Shown here: one piece after another, positions 46,157 to 55,820 of the stretch
Layout of the letters: every line of letters begins with the position of its first letter
Position numbering within the stretch: position 1 is the first letter of the stretch
From: Minisyncoccia bacterium
GTDB lineage: Bacteria > Patescibacteriota > Minisyncoccia > Phycocordibacterales > UBA918
Assembly (NCBI GenBank): GCA_046598345.1
Contig: JBKJIT010000004.1
Coordinates: forward strand, 137,226 to 201,225
Direction of reading: 5' to 3'
Length of the DNA stretch: 64,000 nucleotides
Translations under genes and position numbers: made by a program
Notes under the pieces: model-generated
The model's input: only the letters and a program-made list of their open reading frames with translations
Database searches by the model: none
Told to the model about the DNA's origin: nothing

Positions 46157-47485
46157 TTACTCCCCCTCTGCTACAACGGTGGTAATTTCAATCTTTTTGG
46201 TGTCTTCTGGAAATTCCTGCTTCCAAAAAGGCTTTATTTTAGCTTCAAATTTAGTAATTGATGGGTAGCTCGTGATCACCGATGGAAGTGCCGTCTTTGA
46301 TTTTCCAGCAATATCGGTCTTTAGCTTCTCTGCATCGAAGGTCCAGAGAATACGCGTGTTGCCTTTAAGCATGAACTCAAGACTTTCCGCTTTTGATATG
46401 TCACTAAGTGAAGTCGTTGGAGAGGTGTAGCTAAATATTAATGTGTGTGGATCTGGAAGTGATACAGGGCTTTCTTCAAAACCCTTGATAGTATTTTTTG
46501 CGAGATATGTTGCAAACTCCCCTTCGGCAAAGATTGGAACCTGAAGTTTTGCCTTTTCCTTTATTGTCGCCATACCATCCTTATACTCTGTGCTGGGGAG
46601 ATACTCATAGGTAAAGGTTACTGCGTCATCAAAAATTATGAATCCAGCGGGACGTTCAGTCTTTATTCGTGCAAGAAGTGCATCGCGGAGCTCGAGTTGA
46701 AGCGACTGATCGGCAGTCTTAAATTCTGTTTCGTCTGTTACAAATTTCTTACCCTCAAATCCTCCCGTGAAATCATTAGTTGATTCTGCATAGACCTTTT
46801 CAAATTGCTCACTACCTGAAAGTCCAGGAACCGTAAACCGTGTTGGCTTAATGTTGTATTGCTCACCTGTTCCGTCAGCAAAAACATCTGCAGTAATAAC
46901 TCCTGGAATTAAAATTCCCTCTCTGTTCTTTGTAGTCCCAGGTACTTCAACAGATTCATTGATTCTGAAAATAAGCCCTTCAGGAGTGGCAAAACGCGTA
47001 TTTTTTATGAGGCGTTGAGGGGTGACGCTATATGCGTTGTATATAAGTATCTTTCCAGTAGCCCGCTCTTTGACTTCTGTTTCTCCAGTAGCAGTCACCT
47101 GTCGCTCCCCACTCGCTTCAAGTGTAAGCAGTTCATAGCTTAAATCCCCCACTTGAGGATTCGTGAGCGCAGTAAAGTTAGCTTGTACGGTTACATCCTT
47201 AAACTTAGGATTCACGACCACTTCAGCTCCTCCCATGAGCGTGTTTACAAAGAAACCAGCGCCCAGAATCGCAAGAACAATAATACACGAAACAATCATT
47301 CGCTTACGCCGCTCTGCCTTTCCGTCGAGTATATCAATAGTGGAAAGTTCAGGGTCAGTGTATTCCTCAACTTTCTCAGGCTTTCTCGCAATATCCTGTC
47401 GCTGGGGAGTAATTGTATCTCGCTGCGGTGGTGCCTTGCGTGTACCAGCAGGACGAATATCACCAAGATTCCATTTTTGTGCCAT
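46157..47485 (-). CDS. Hypothetical bitopic membrane protein (cytoplasmic N-terminus, one TM, large extracytoplasmic domain)
   Basis: Topology only; no recognised motif. Confidence 0.5.
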   Translation of the reverse strand: MAQKWNLGDIRPAGTRKAPPQRDTITPQRQDIARKPEKVEEYTDPELSTIDILDGKAERRKRMIVSCIIVLAILGAGFFVNTLMGGAEVVVNPKFKDVTVQANFTALTNPQVGDLSYELLTLEASGERQVTATGETEVKERATGKILIYNAYSVTPQRLIKNTRFATPEGLIFRINESVEVPGTTKNREGILIPGVITADVFADGTGEQYNIKPTRFTVPGLSGSEQFEKVYAESTNDFTGGFEGKKFVTDETEFKTADQSLQLELRDALLARIKTERPAGFIIFDDAVTFTYEYLPSTEYKDGMATIKEKAKLQVPIFAEGEFATYLAKNTIKGFEESPVSLPDPHTLIFSYTSPTTSLSDISKAESLEFMLKGNTRILWTFDAEKLKTDIAGKSKTALPSVITSYPSITKFEAKIKPFWKQEFPEDTKKIEITTVVAEGE

Positions 47486-47505
47486 GTATTAAGTATATAC
47501 CTACT

Positions 47506-48696
47506 TCATGAAAGATGCTTCTCACCACAGGTATGTAATTTGTGGAAAAAGCGAGCCTGAAGTGAAAGAAATAAGTCTCCCTCCTCACTTTCAACCATAT
47601 GTGGAAGCAGTGTCGGAGTAAGTTCAAGAAGTTTGAAGGTTTGTCCGGGAAGTGTACTTAAACATGAGATGACACGTGATTTTATGAAGTCGAGCATGCC
47701 AGGTTCTACGAGGAGGATAACCGTTTTCGGAATTGAGCGCTTTGAACTAATGAGTGCGCAAAGTTCATTGAATTTCTGGTCAAAAAGGGAGGCTTGCGCC
47801 TCAATGAGTGACTGGCTTTCATCGTGAAGTCTATTTTCTGCGAATGAACGAAGCATAGAAACAATATGTTCAGGCGTTTCTTTAGTCTTTTCGATAATTT
47901 CTCGAATGAGTGTGTTGTATCCATACAGGACTGAATGTGTCTCTTCAAGGAGTCCCCTTTCAATGAGAGCAAGTTCAGTTGCTTCACCCGTAACATGGAC
48001 GAGTGTCATATCCTCAGTCTCAGGAAAGAGATCACGAAAAACACAATAGGATGTAAACATCGACGTGTGGGTTTCGATCGGAGTGTCCGCAAATATCTTA
48101 TCTCGCACCTCAGTCACCGCATCAAGAATGTCCTTAAGTACAAAACCAGTTACTTCTGAGAGGGAGATATGCTGTCCTGATAGTTCTAGAGGATGCGCCA
48201 CGATGTACCCGTTTATGCGCACGTTCACTGTGGCACGCTCGATAACTTCATATTCACTTTTAAAAACAGCAGGATCATGAAGCTCACCTGTGTCGATATT
48301 GATGGCGCTTGTTGAAAGATCGGAAAGCAGTTCCTCCGTCACTTTAAATTCCTTTTCATTCTCAAACAGAACTTCACGAGAAAGTGTGTGTGCCCATGGA
48401 GAAGAAGAAACAAGGAAGAGTTTCTCAATGCGTGCTTTTGGATCAGCCAGAGCAAGTGCCTGAAGCCCATCGCGCGATAAAATAAGGCTTGCAGAAAAAA
48501 GAGTTTCTCGCATTTGGCGCATCCTGTCTTCCGGCGAGATCACACTTGCACCTATGCGCATATGGAGTCTGTGAGTAAAGATAAGTTTTGACTCATCCTT
48601 TTCCTTCATCAGTGCAAGAATTGCCACTCCGACGTTTCCCGAGTTTATATCAATAAGAATCCCATACTCTGGTTTTTCTTTAGACCTGCCAAACAT
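47506..48696 (-). CDS. Actin-like ATPase-fold (ASKHA) protein, PilM/FtsA-like with degenerate nucleotide-binding motifs
   Basis: 'GILIDINSGNVGVAIL' is phosphate-1-like and 'LVHVTGEATELALIERGLL' is phosphate-2-like. Confidence 0.35.
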   Translation of the reverse strand: MFGRSKEKPEYGILIDINSGNVGVAILALMKEKDESKLIFTHRLHMRIGASVISPEDRMRQMRETLFSASLILSRDGLQALALADPKARIEKLFLVSSSPWAHTLSREVLFENEKEFKVTEELLSDLSTSAINIDTGELHDPAVFKSEYEVIERATVNVRINGYIVAHPLELSGQHISLSEVTGFVLKDILDAVTEVRDKIFADTPIETHTSMFTSYCVFRDLFPETEDMTLVHVTGEATELALIERGLLEETHSVLYGYNTLIREIIEKTKETPEHIVSMLRSFAENRLHDESQSLIEAQASLFDQKFNELCALISSKRSIPKTVILLVEPGMLDFIKSRVISCLSTLPGQTFKLLELTPTLLPHMVESEEGDLFLSLQARFFHKLHTCGEKHLS

Positions 48697-48749
48697 GCAT
48701 ACAGTATACCCTCAATGCATACAGGTTTCTTGAATAATCTACAGGCAGC

Positions 48750-50726
48750 TTACTCGATTACTGCTTTGATGCGACGAACGCCCTGAGATGATGCTTCTTC
48801 TTTTATAATTTTGAACACACCGGTAATTGTTCCTGTGTTTTCTACGTGAGGCCCGCCACATAGTTCTCTTGAGTACACATTCCCCATTGTATCTTTGATC
48901 GTATACACGTGTACGGTATCTGGATATCGGTCCCAAAAACTTCCTTCAATAGTTGTGTCAGTCTCAGCCACACTCTTCTCGAGCGTTTCTGTGGTTACGT
49001 AAGCTCCAGCTTTGATTGCATCATTAACGTACTGCTCAACACTTCTCAAAACTGTAGCGTCAACTTTTCCGTTGTAGGTGAAGTCAAAACGAAGTCTTTC
49101 ATTGGTTATATTCGAGCCAGCTTGATGCACTCCTGTCCCCAGTTCTTTACGAAGGCCCGCAAGAAGGAGATGGGTTGCGGTGTGGTAACTCACCACTTTT
49201 TCTGAATGATCTGCCAGACCGCCTTTAAATTTTTGCTCAGCTCCTTTTCGTGAAAGTTCACGGTGCGCTTCCATGAGTTTCTTAAACCCACCGCGATCCA
49301 CCGTCAGTCCCTTTTCCTTTGCAATTTCTTCAGTAAGTTCAATAGGAAATCCGTACGTTGTAAAAAGCTCAAACGCGTTCTCCGCACTAATTTGCTTCTT
49401 TCCCGTCACCTCAGAGCGCTGCTTTGTATATAGTTGCTTTCCTTTGACAGTAATTGGAACGTTAAACTCATTAGAACGCTCTGTCTGTGTAGGGAGATCG
49501 ATGCGAAGAGAGATCTTATTGAATTGCTTGAGCCCCTGCTCAAGTGTCTTTCTAAACTGTGTTTCTTCCTCGGCGATAACTTCCTTGATCTTAGTCCTTG
49601 CGGTTTCGAGTTCTGGATATGCATCTTTAAAGAGCTCGATTACTGATTCACTAATATTCGACAGCTCATTCACTGGAACCTCAAGGACGTCAGCATACCG
49701 TACCGCTCTTCGGAGGAGACGCCGCACAAAATATCCTTGGTCGCTATTTGATGGGTACACTCCATCTCCAATCATGAGTACTGCTCCGCGGATGTGGTCT
49801 GAGATGATACGAAATGGAGTCTTGTTGCCCTCATACTTTTTTCCAGAGACAGCCTCAATACGTTCAATGATCTTTGCGAGAAGATCGACTTTAAACATGT
49901 CTGGCTCGTTGTTTGCTGCAGCAGCCATACGCTCAAGTCCTCCGCCAAAGTCAACGTTTTGCGCAGGAAGTTTCGCGAAGCTACCGTCAGCCTGCTTGAT
50001 GTATTCCATAAAGACCGAGTTTCCGATCTCCATGAATCGGCCACAGTCGCAATTCGGATGACAGTGCGCACCAAACCTTGTATCGTGCTCTGTCGCAAAA
50101 TCGTAAAAGACTTCGCTGTCTGGCCCTCCTGGCTCTCCAGGAGGCATGTTTCCAGGGACGCCAGCTCTACTCCACCAGTTTTTTTTCGCCTCGTAGTAAA
50201 AAATACGTTCGCCTTCTTTTATTCCACGCTCTCCGCCACGAGCTTCAGAGCCAATATGTGCAACCAGAGAAGAAACACCTCTTTCTAAAAATAATTTCTG
50301 TAAAATGGCGACGGCCTCATCGTCTTTAGGAAGATTGTGTGTTTCGTCTCCAGCAAAGACTGATGCATACAGGCGCGCCGGGTCGATATGGAGTTCATCA
50401 ATGAGAAACGTGTAAATCCATGTGAGCTGCTCTTCTTTGAAATAGTCACCGAGGGACCAGTTCCCAAGCATTTCGAAAAAAGTTGTATGACGATTATCTC
50501 CCACCTCTTCTATATCTTCAGCACGAAAGCATTTTTGTGAATCTGCGATACGTGTCCCCTTGGGATGTGATTCACCAAGTAAGTACGGAACCATAGGTTG
50601 CATACCGCTTCCCGTAAATAAAGTAGTGGGGTCATTTTCAGGCACGAGACGAGATGACGGAATAATTGCATGCCCGTGCTGCGCCATAAAATCGAGGTAT
50701 TTCTTTCGGATATCGTTTCCTGACAT
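48750..50726 (-). CDS. alaS: Alanyl-tRNA synthetase, short form (about 658 aa; catalytic plus editing domains, no long C-terminal extension)
   Basis: 'FTGSGMQP' (FTNAGM-type) and the editing-domain 'HTATHLL'. The start is placed at MSGNDIRKKYLDF. Confidence 0.88.
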   Translation of the reverse strand: MSGNDIRKKYLDFMAQHGHAIIPSSRLVPENDPTTLFTGSGMQPMVPYLLGESHPKGTRIADSQKCFRAEDIEEVGDNRHTTFFEMLGNWSLGDYFKEEQLTWIYTFLIDELHIDPARLYASVFAGDETHNLPKDDEAVAILQKLFLERGVSSLVAHIGSEARGGERGIKEGERIFYYEAKKNWWSRAGVPGNMPPGEPGGPDSEVFYDFATEHDTRFGAHCHPNCDCGRFMEIGNSVFMEYIKQADGSFAKLPAQNVDFGGGLERMAAAANNEPDMFKVDLLAKIIERIEAVSGKKYEGNKTPFRIISDHIRGAVLMIGDGVYPSNSDQGYFVRRLLRRAVRYADVLEVPVNELSNISESVIELFKDAYPELETARTKIKEVIAEEETQFRKTLEQGLKQFNKISLRIDLPTQTERSNEFNVPITVKGKQLYTKQRSEVTGKKQISAENAFELFTTYGFPIELTEEIAKEKGLTVDRGGFKKLMEAHRELSRKGAEQKFKGGLADHSEKVVSYHTATHLLLAGLRKELGTGVHQAGSNITNERLRFDFTYNGKVDATVLRSVEQYVNDAIKAGAYVTTETLEKSVAETDTTIEGSFWDRYPDTVHVYTIKDTMGNVYSRELCGGPHVENTGTITGVFKIIKEEASSQGVRRIKAVIE

Positions 50727-50807
50727 ACGGAGGTCACTATACAAGAAAATATGCTAGAAAAAAAGCGTTCGTTCTGATGATTTCATAAGTGATACATTTT
50801 GCCCGCC

Positions 50808-51086
50808 CTAATTTCCAAATGCTGACTGAAGGAGTGCTGAACAATCTTCTCCAATACATGAGAAGAATTCTGTTGAAGCTTGATAGAAAATAATTTCAAA
50901 TGCGTACCCAAGCACAATAAGACCAAGTCCAATGAAAGTGAGCACGTGTTCTCGCTTAATAGCGCTCAGGACTTTTCCATCAATTGAATGCTCCCTTAGA
51001 ATCCACATGTGGACACGAAGTACAGCCATACCAACTATAAGTTTTCCGACAGTGCCGATTGTAATTCCCCATAAGAGTAAATTCAT
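50808..51086 (-). CDS. Small hypothetical membrane protein (2-3 TM helices)
   Basis: Hydrophobic ORF; the start is placed at an internal Met to avoid overlap. Confidence 0.35.
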   Translation of the reverse strand: MNLLLWGITIGTVGKLIVGMAVLRVHMWILREHSIDGKVLSAIKREHVLTFIGLGLIVLGYAFEIIFYQASTEFFSCIGEDCSALLQSAFGN

Positions 51087-51151
51087 ACAAGCATGATTAC
51101 ACACAATACCTTGAGAGGTATCTCCAAATGTGTATAACAGCGCTCTTCCTG

Positions 51152-52420
51152 CTACGAGGTAATGCCTGCTCCCTCTTGGGTAACTGGACCAGCGCAACTT
51201 ATAATGAGACTTTCCGGGTGGAGGTGCGCTTTTAGTGCTGCGTTAATCTCGTCAATCTTAAGTTCGTGCATATTTTCAACATCCTCGATAAGCTTCATTT
51301 CATCCTCGCCGTGGAGGAATGCTCTGTGGTAGAGCGTTAGTCTGCGCGCGTTTGATTCGTGTCCGATGAGGAACTGGTTGTGTAAAATTTCCTTAAAAAC
51401 TTTTAGTTCTCGTTCAGTGATTCCCTTAGTTTTGATGCGTGTAATTTCACGAAGCGTGGCCTTAATTCCCTTTTCAAGATCCTTCCCTGAAAAAAATGTA
51501 AAGACATTCCAATGCCCCGTTGAGAGTGTATTTATATACGAAGCTTTTGCGTAAATTCCGTAGGTTAGACCTTCCTTTTCACGAATGGTGCTCATGAGGC
51601 GGCCTGTAAATCCACCAACTTTACCTAAAACGCTGAGTCCAAAGACAAAGGGTAGATATTCTGCATCAGAAGGTGTAAAAGGTAACCGGTTACCGATTCG
51701 CACTTCAACGTTTGTTTTGCCTGGTATTGTGGTGAAATGAGTTTGTTTTTTTGGAATGGCGGGTTCTTTGAAGACTCGCGATACCATTGTGGCGCTCGCT
51801 TCAAATCGCTTCAGCGTGCTCCCGATGCTCTTTGCTGTGTCTGGGGTTCCTACGATAGAGATATACCATTCGCCTCCCTGGATAGCCTTCATAAGCGTGC
51901 GCAGTTTAGGTTCATCTATCTTGCTCACCTGCTTCTTTTGCATTTCGAGCGTATCCCAGGAAAGGAAAGATTTTTTTGGATAGAGAAGGTTCATAAATTG
52001 CATTTCAGCTATATGTTTCGTGCTGTCATGCATTTCTCGGTTTTCTTCGAGCATAAGCCGTTTCGTCTTGGTCACATCCCCGAGCTTAAATTTAGGATTA
52101 AAGACCAATTCTTCAATAAGCGTTGCACACTTCTTAAAAGTTTTTTTCTGCGCGGTGACTTGATAGTGCACAAATCCCGCGGATGCTGAAACCGTGAGTA
52201 CAATGCCATGCTTTCGTATGTATGCATCAATCTCTGTTTCGGTCATTGATTTTGTGCCAGAGAGAGCGAGGTGGTTATAGGCATCGAGGATGATGTCGGA
52301 GTGAGTAGTGTGGTAGTCCTTAATTTTGGAGGTAAAGGTTGCTTTGACGATACGTGCATCGAGTGGCGCAATTGTTTGCACACCGACCCCACCCTTTTGT
52401 AGTCTCGTGGTGTAAATCAT
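51152..52420 (-). CDS. M16 family peptidase, non-catalytic partner subunit
   Basis: M16 C-domain architecture without the HxxEH motif. Confidence 0.75.
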   Translation of the reverse strand: MIYTTRLQKGGVGVQTIAPLDARIVKATFTSKIKDYHTTHSDIILDAYNHLALSGTKSMTETEIDAYIRKHGIVLTVSASAGFVHYQVTAQKKTFKKCATLIEELVFNPKFKLGDVTKTKRLMLEENREMHDSTKHIAEMQFMNLLYPKKSFLSWDTLEMQKKQVSKIDEPKLRTLMKAIQGGEWYISIVGTPDTAKSIGSTLKRFEASATMVSRVFKEPAIPKKQTHFTTIPGKTNVEVRIGNRLPFTPSDAEYLPFVFGLSVLGKVGGFTGRLMSTIREKEGLTYGIYAKASYINTLSTGHWNVFTFFSGKDLEKGIKATLREITRIKTKGITERELKVFKEILHNQFLIGHESNARRLTLYHRAFLHGEDEMKLIEDVENMHELKIDEINAALKAHLHPESLIISCAGPVTQEGAGITS

Positions 52421-53766
52421 ACTTGTGAAATTGGTACTATAGTCCCAACAATTGATTTGCTTGTTCTAAGATATGTTCGAACTGCTTGCTGAATCTCTAG
52501 TGCAGTAATGCTACATAATTCTTCAAGGCTCTCCGTGTACCGTTTCCAATCGCCACATGCGACGTACTCAGCGAGCTGGAGCGCAACATTAAGCGTGCCA
52601 TCGCGCGAAAAGAGCTCAGATGCATAGGCGTGAGCGATGAGTTCTTCGAGTCGATTCTTTGAAATAAGGCTATTTTTTAGCTTGTCTATTTCCATACGAA
52701 CAATACGCTCAATTTCCTCATATGAAGATTTCTCTGCAGCGCTTACTTGGAAAAGTGCAAGATACGGATCCTTTGTGGGGTAAATATTTCCATCAATACT
52801 CGTTGCGAGATTAGTCTCAACCAACTTCTTGTACAGGATACTCGTCTTCCCATCGGTAAGATGAAGGAGCGCAATAAGAAGTGCGTTCCAGGCTCGATCA
52901 GTACTTCTAGGTGCTTTGAATGCAAGAGACAGAACACGAAGTGGTGTATTGCGCTCAAGAGAGACACGGCGCACTCCTTCCTGGGGAACATCCGTGATGC
53001 CCGCATCGTGTGCAAATTGTCCATTTCGTGGAATGCTCCCAAAGCTATCAGAAATTGCTTCAATAAGTTCAACTTCACTTACATCCCCCGCAATAATAAG
53101 CGTCGCATTATTTGGCCAGTAATATCGATCATAGAAACTCTGAAGTTTTTTTGTTGTGTATGCTTCTATATCTGTACGAAAACCAATAGTATCGTGCTTA
53201 TAGCCATGAGACTGAAAGGCGGATGCAACAAGATTCCAGTCGAGCGCACTCTCAGGATTGCTGTTATACATCTCATACTCACTGAGGACATTTGCACGTT
53301 CTGGTTCAAATTCCTTCTTCGTGAGCTTCACATTTCGCATACGGTCTGCTTCTACAAATAGCATCTCAGGGAGGTACTGTTTCGGAAGATTGAAGTAATA
53401 CAGCGTGCGATCTAGCCAGGTGGTCGCGTTGTAAACCGCCCCTTTCTCTTCAAGCATACGCCACGTTGGACCCTCAGTGCCGGTTTGCTTAAAAAGCATG
53501 TGCTCGAGCATGTGCGCGAGACCAGTTTCACCCTTCCCTTCGTGCTGTGAACCGATGTGGTAGACGAGGCAGCTCGTAACTGTTGGGCTTCCAGGGACAT
53601 GCGCAAAGAGCACCTTTAGATCATTTGTTTCAAGGCGGTATTCAGTAATATTTTCTACACGATCAATCATCGTAAGCCTTGAGAGTGGTTTCTGTCGTTT
53701 TTTTGTTTTATCTGTTGGTGCTTTTTTGGACATCTTCAATAAAGTTGCAATACTCCTTAAATACAT
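52417..53766 (-). CDS. M16 family zinc peptidase (pitrilysin-like), catalytic subunit
   Basis: 'GLAHMLEHMLFKQT' is the inverted zinc-binding HxxEH motif. The true start may be an internal Met (MIDRVENITEY, about 53670). Confidence 0.8.
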   Translation of the reverse strand: MYLRSIATLLKMSKKAPTDKTKKRQKPLSRLTMIDRVENITEYRLETNDLKVLFAHVPGSPTVTSCLVYHIGSQHEGKGETGLAHMLEHMLFKQTGTEGPTWRMLEEKGAVYNATTWLDRTLYYFNLPKQYLPEMLFVEADRMRNVKLTKKEFEPERANVLSEYEMYNSNPESALDWNLVASAFQSHGYKHDTIGFRTDIEAYTTKKLQSFYDRYYWPNNATLIIAGDVSEVELIEAISDSFGSIPRNGQFAHDAGITDVPQEGVRRVSLERNTPLRVLSLAFKAPRSTDRAWNALLIALLHLTDGKTSILYKKLVETNLATSIDGNIYPTKDPYLALFQVSAAEKSSYEEIERIVRMEIDKLKNSLISKNRLEELIAHAYASELFSRDGTLNVALQLAEYVACGDWKRYTESLEELCSITALEIQQAVRTYLRTSKSIVGTIVPISQV

Positions 53767-54301
53767 GATTAAACTCAGCGAGGATAGTGTTCTTTAGCTT
53801 GCGATTGAGAATATTACTCATTTCTCGATAGATCATCAAGCGTTCTTCCAATGAGCCGCCGAAGTCCGCAATAAATTGCGAGTGGTTGTCGTAATACTCT
53901 TCTACGATACAACGCATGTTGTGAATCTTGTCTGCCGTCGCAACGATGAGCGAAGCTTCCTTCGCATCATTCAGTTGCTTCACATAGCGCTTTTTATGTT
54001 CTTTCCAGGACATCGATGCACCTTCTTCCGGTTCTGGTTCGGTGACCGCACGAACTAAGTCCAGCACCGTACCCCCAAAATCATTTTGCAATTCCTTTTC
54101 CGTGTAATCGGTGTCTTCCAATGTGTCATGGAGAAGTGCTGCAATGATGGTATCTTCATCGTTCGTGTAATCAGCTACAAGGAACGCAACTGCGTAGAGA
54201 TGCGTGACGTATGGGTACGGTGTTTGACCTCGTCGCACCTGCCCCTTATGAAGGACAGAAGCTGCACGGATGGCCTGTTCGATACGGTATGAGTAACTCA
54301 T
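53708..54301 (-). CDS. HD-domain (p)ppGpp hydrolase, SpoT/Mesh1-like small alarmone hydrolase
   Basis: 'HLYAVAFLVADYTNDEDTIIAALLHDTLEDTD' is the RelA/SpoT HD signature. Confidence 0.75.
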   Translation of the reverse strand: MSYSYRIEQAIRAASVLHKGQVRRGQTPYPYVTHLYAVAFLVADYTNDEDTIIAALLHDTLEDTDYTEKELQNDFGGTVLDLVRAVTEPEPEEGASMSWKEHKKRYVKQLNDAKEASLIVATADKIHNMRCIVEEYYDNHSQFIADFGGSLEERLMIYREMSNILNRKLKNTILAEFNHVFKEYCNFIEDVQKSTNR

Positions 54302-54308
54302 TATAGAT

Positions 54309-54629
54309 TCACTTCTTTTTTTGTTGCTCTAAGCGAATATTTTCAGATATTTTGCTACGCTCGGCACTTTTGCGAGTTCGCTCACTCGTGAGTTTTGCTT
54401 TTTCATCAGCAATTTCATCATGTTTGCTGCGTAGGTCGTGCTCTTTCCGTTCCGCATCATTCAGTTTCTGATTAGCCTTCTGTACTTCCCCCTCCTCGCC
54501 TTCACGATCACGGGTCGCCTTCGTCAAGTCATCATGTAAGTGTCGCTCATCACTCGTCAGTTTTTCAAGTTTTTGATTGAGCTTATCGAGCTCTCCATCA
54601 ATTTTTTTCAAATCATCTTCTTTGCTCAT
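54309..54629 (-). CDS. Hypothetical coiled-coil protein (106 aa, highly charged)
   Basis: Heptad-like K/E/D-rich sequence. Confidence 0.4.
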   Translation of the reverse strand: MSKEDDLKKIDGELDKLNQKLEKLTSDERHLHDDLTKATRDREGEEGEVQKANQKLNDAERKEHDLRSKHDEIADEKAKLTSERTRKSAERSKISENIRLEQQKKK

Positions 54630-54643
54630 ATACGGTACAGTAT

Positions 54644-54934
54644 TTAAATATTAGCAGCCTGCTTCTCCTTTGCGAGTAATTTTTCTTTTGCTACAATGCC
54701 GCCCCTATTATAGCCTCCCATTTTGCCATCTGCACGAATAACCCGGTGACAAGGGACGGTAGGGTCATAATTTGCAGCCATAACTCGTGCAACAGCTCGG
54801 AAGGCCAAAGGATTCCCGGCCTGTATAGCCACCTCTTTGTAGGAAAGTGTCTTTCCAAGCGGAATGCTACGCACCACAGCACGCACTGCGTCACTAAACG
54901 ACACATTTTTATTTCTTGATTGCTTTTGTAGCAT
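54644..54934 (-). CDS. Methylated-DNA--protein-cysteine methyltransferase C-terminal domain protein (Ogt-like minimal)
   Basis: The 'PCHRVI' active-site motif sits on a 96-aa winged-helix. Confidence 0.7.
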   Translation of the reverse strand: MLQKQSRNKNVSFSDAVRAVVRSIPLGKTLSYKEVAIQAGNPLAFRAVARVMAANYDPTVPCHRVIRADGKMGGYNRGGIVAKEKLLAKEKQAANI

Positions 54935-55736
54935 GTTTTTTCACTCCTCGCTTACTTGATTCTGCCAAGTGTATAGCTTGTAATTTCTTCCCACACGCTT
55001 CTCGGTACGGGCAAAACTCACAAGATTGACCAACTGGAGGTATTTCATCACTGTTAAGGCATGTGTGGATGGTTTCAAGCGTAGTTGGAATCCAGGATGC
55101 GTCTCCTTCGCAGGGAATGAGGGTTACATCAAAAGATAGTATTGCATCAAATTTCTCACTTGAAGTAAGTGCGTTGGCATAGAGAATGTATCCGACCGGA
55201 GCAACCTTGAATCCATTCTGTGCAAAGAGCCACTGGTAGACGCCAATTTGCCTTCGATACTGACTCTCCCAGGGTGAATCAGAAAGACTTACGATCCGAT
55301 CTGCTTTAGACGTAGCTTTGTAGTCGACAATAATGAGTGAATCATCGTCTTGCTGCCAAATGTCATCCACTGCACCTGAAACTACAAGTCCAGTCTTTTC
55401 ATGCGTACACGAAATTCCTTGGAATGGGTCTCGCCAGCTATCTAGTTCTGTATGAGCAAATGGAATTACATTCAGTCCATGCTCTTCCATAATTCTGTGA
55501 CGCGTCTTCGCTATGCGATGCAGGTCAAATTCTTTTTTAAAAAGTGTATCGACGACAATATTAAGATTAAACGACGGAATACTAGGTCGTTTGGTACCAA
55601 GTTTGTTATCAATATAGAAACAGCGAGGACATTCGAGGAAAAGATCAATTTTGGAGCGTGAGAGTCGCCATTTTGCACCGCCATAATTCCACTCAGCACT
55701 TCTCGTGGGATTATATTTCTTCACGTACTCTGACAT
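54909..55736 (-). CDS. PD-(D/E)xK nuclease with Fe-S cluster Cys ligands (Cas4/AddB-like)
   Basis: N-terminal 'ECPRCFY', 'IIVDYKAT' (D..K) and C-terminal 'CEFCPYREAC', which together give a Cas4-type 4-Cys arrangement. Confidence 0.7.
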   Translation of the reverse strand: MSEYVKKYNPTRSAEWNYGGAKWRLSRSKIDLFLECPRCFYIDNKLGTKRPSIPSFNLNIVVDTLFKKEFDLHRIAKTRHRIMEEHGLNVIPFAHTELDSWRDPFQGISCTHEKTGLVVSGAVDDIWQQDDDSLIIVDYKATSKADRIVSLSDSPWESQYRRQIGVYQWLFAQNGFKVAPVGYILYANALTSSEKFDAILSFDVTLIPCEGDASWIPTTLETIHTCLNSDEIPPVGQSCEFCPYREACGKKLQAIHLAESSKRGVKKHATKAIKK

Positions 55737-55820
55737 GTCACACAGTGTAGCACTTCAGAGAGAGACAAAGCAAAACCCTCAATTTCTTAAGGGTTTTGCT
55801 TTGTCTTTTCGATTGAGTTG

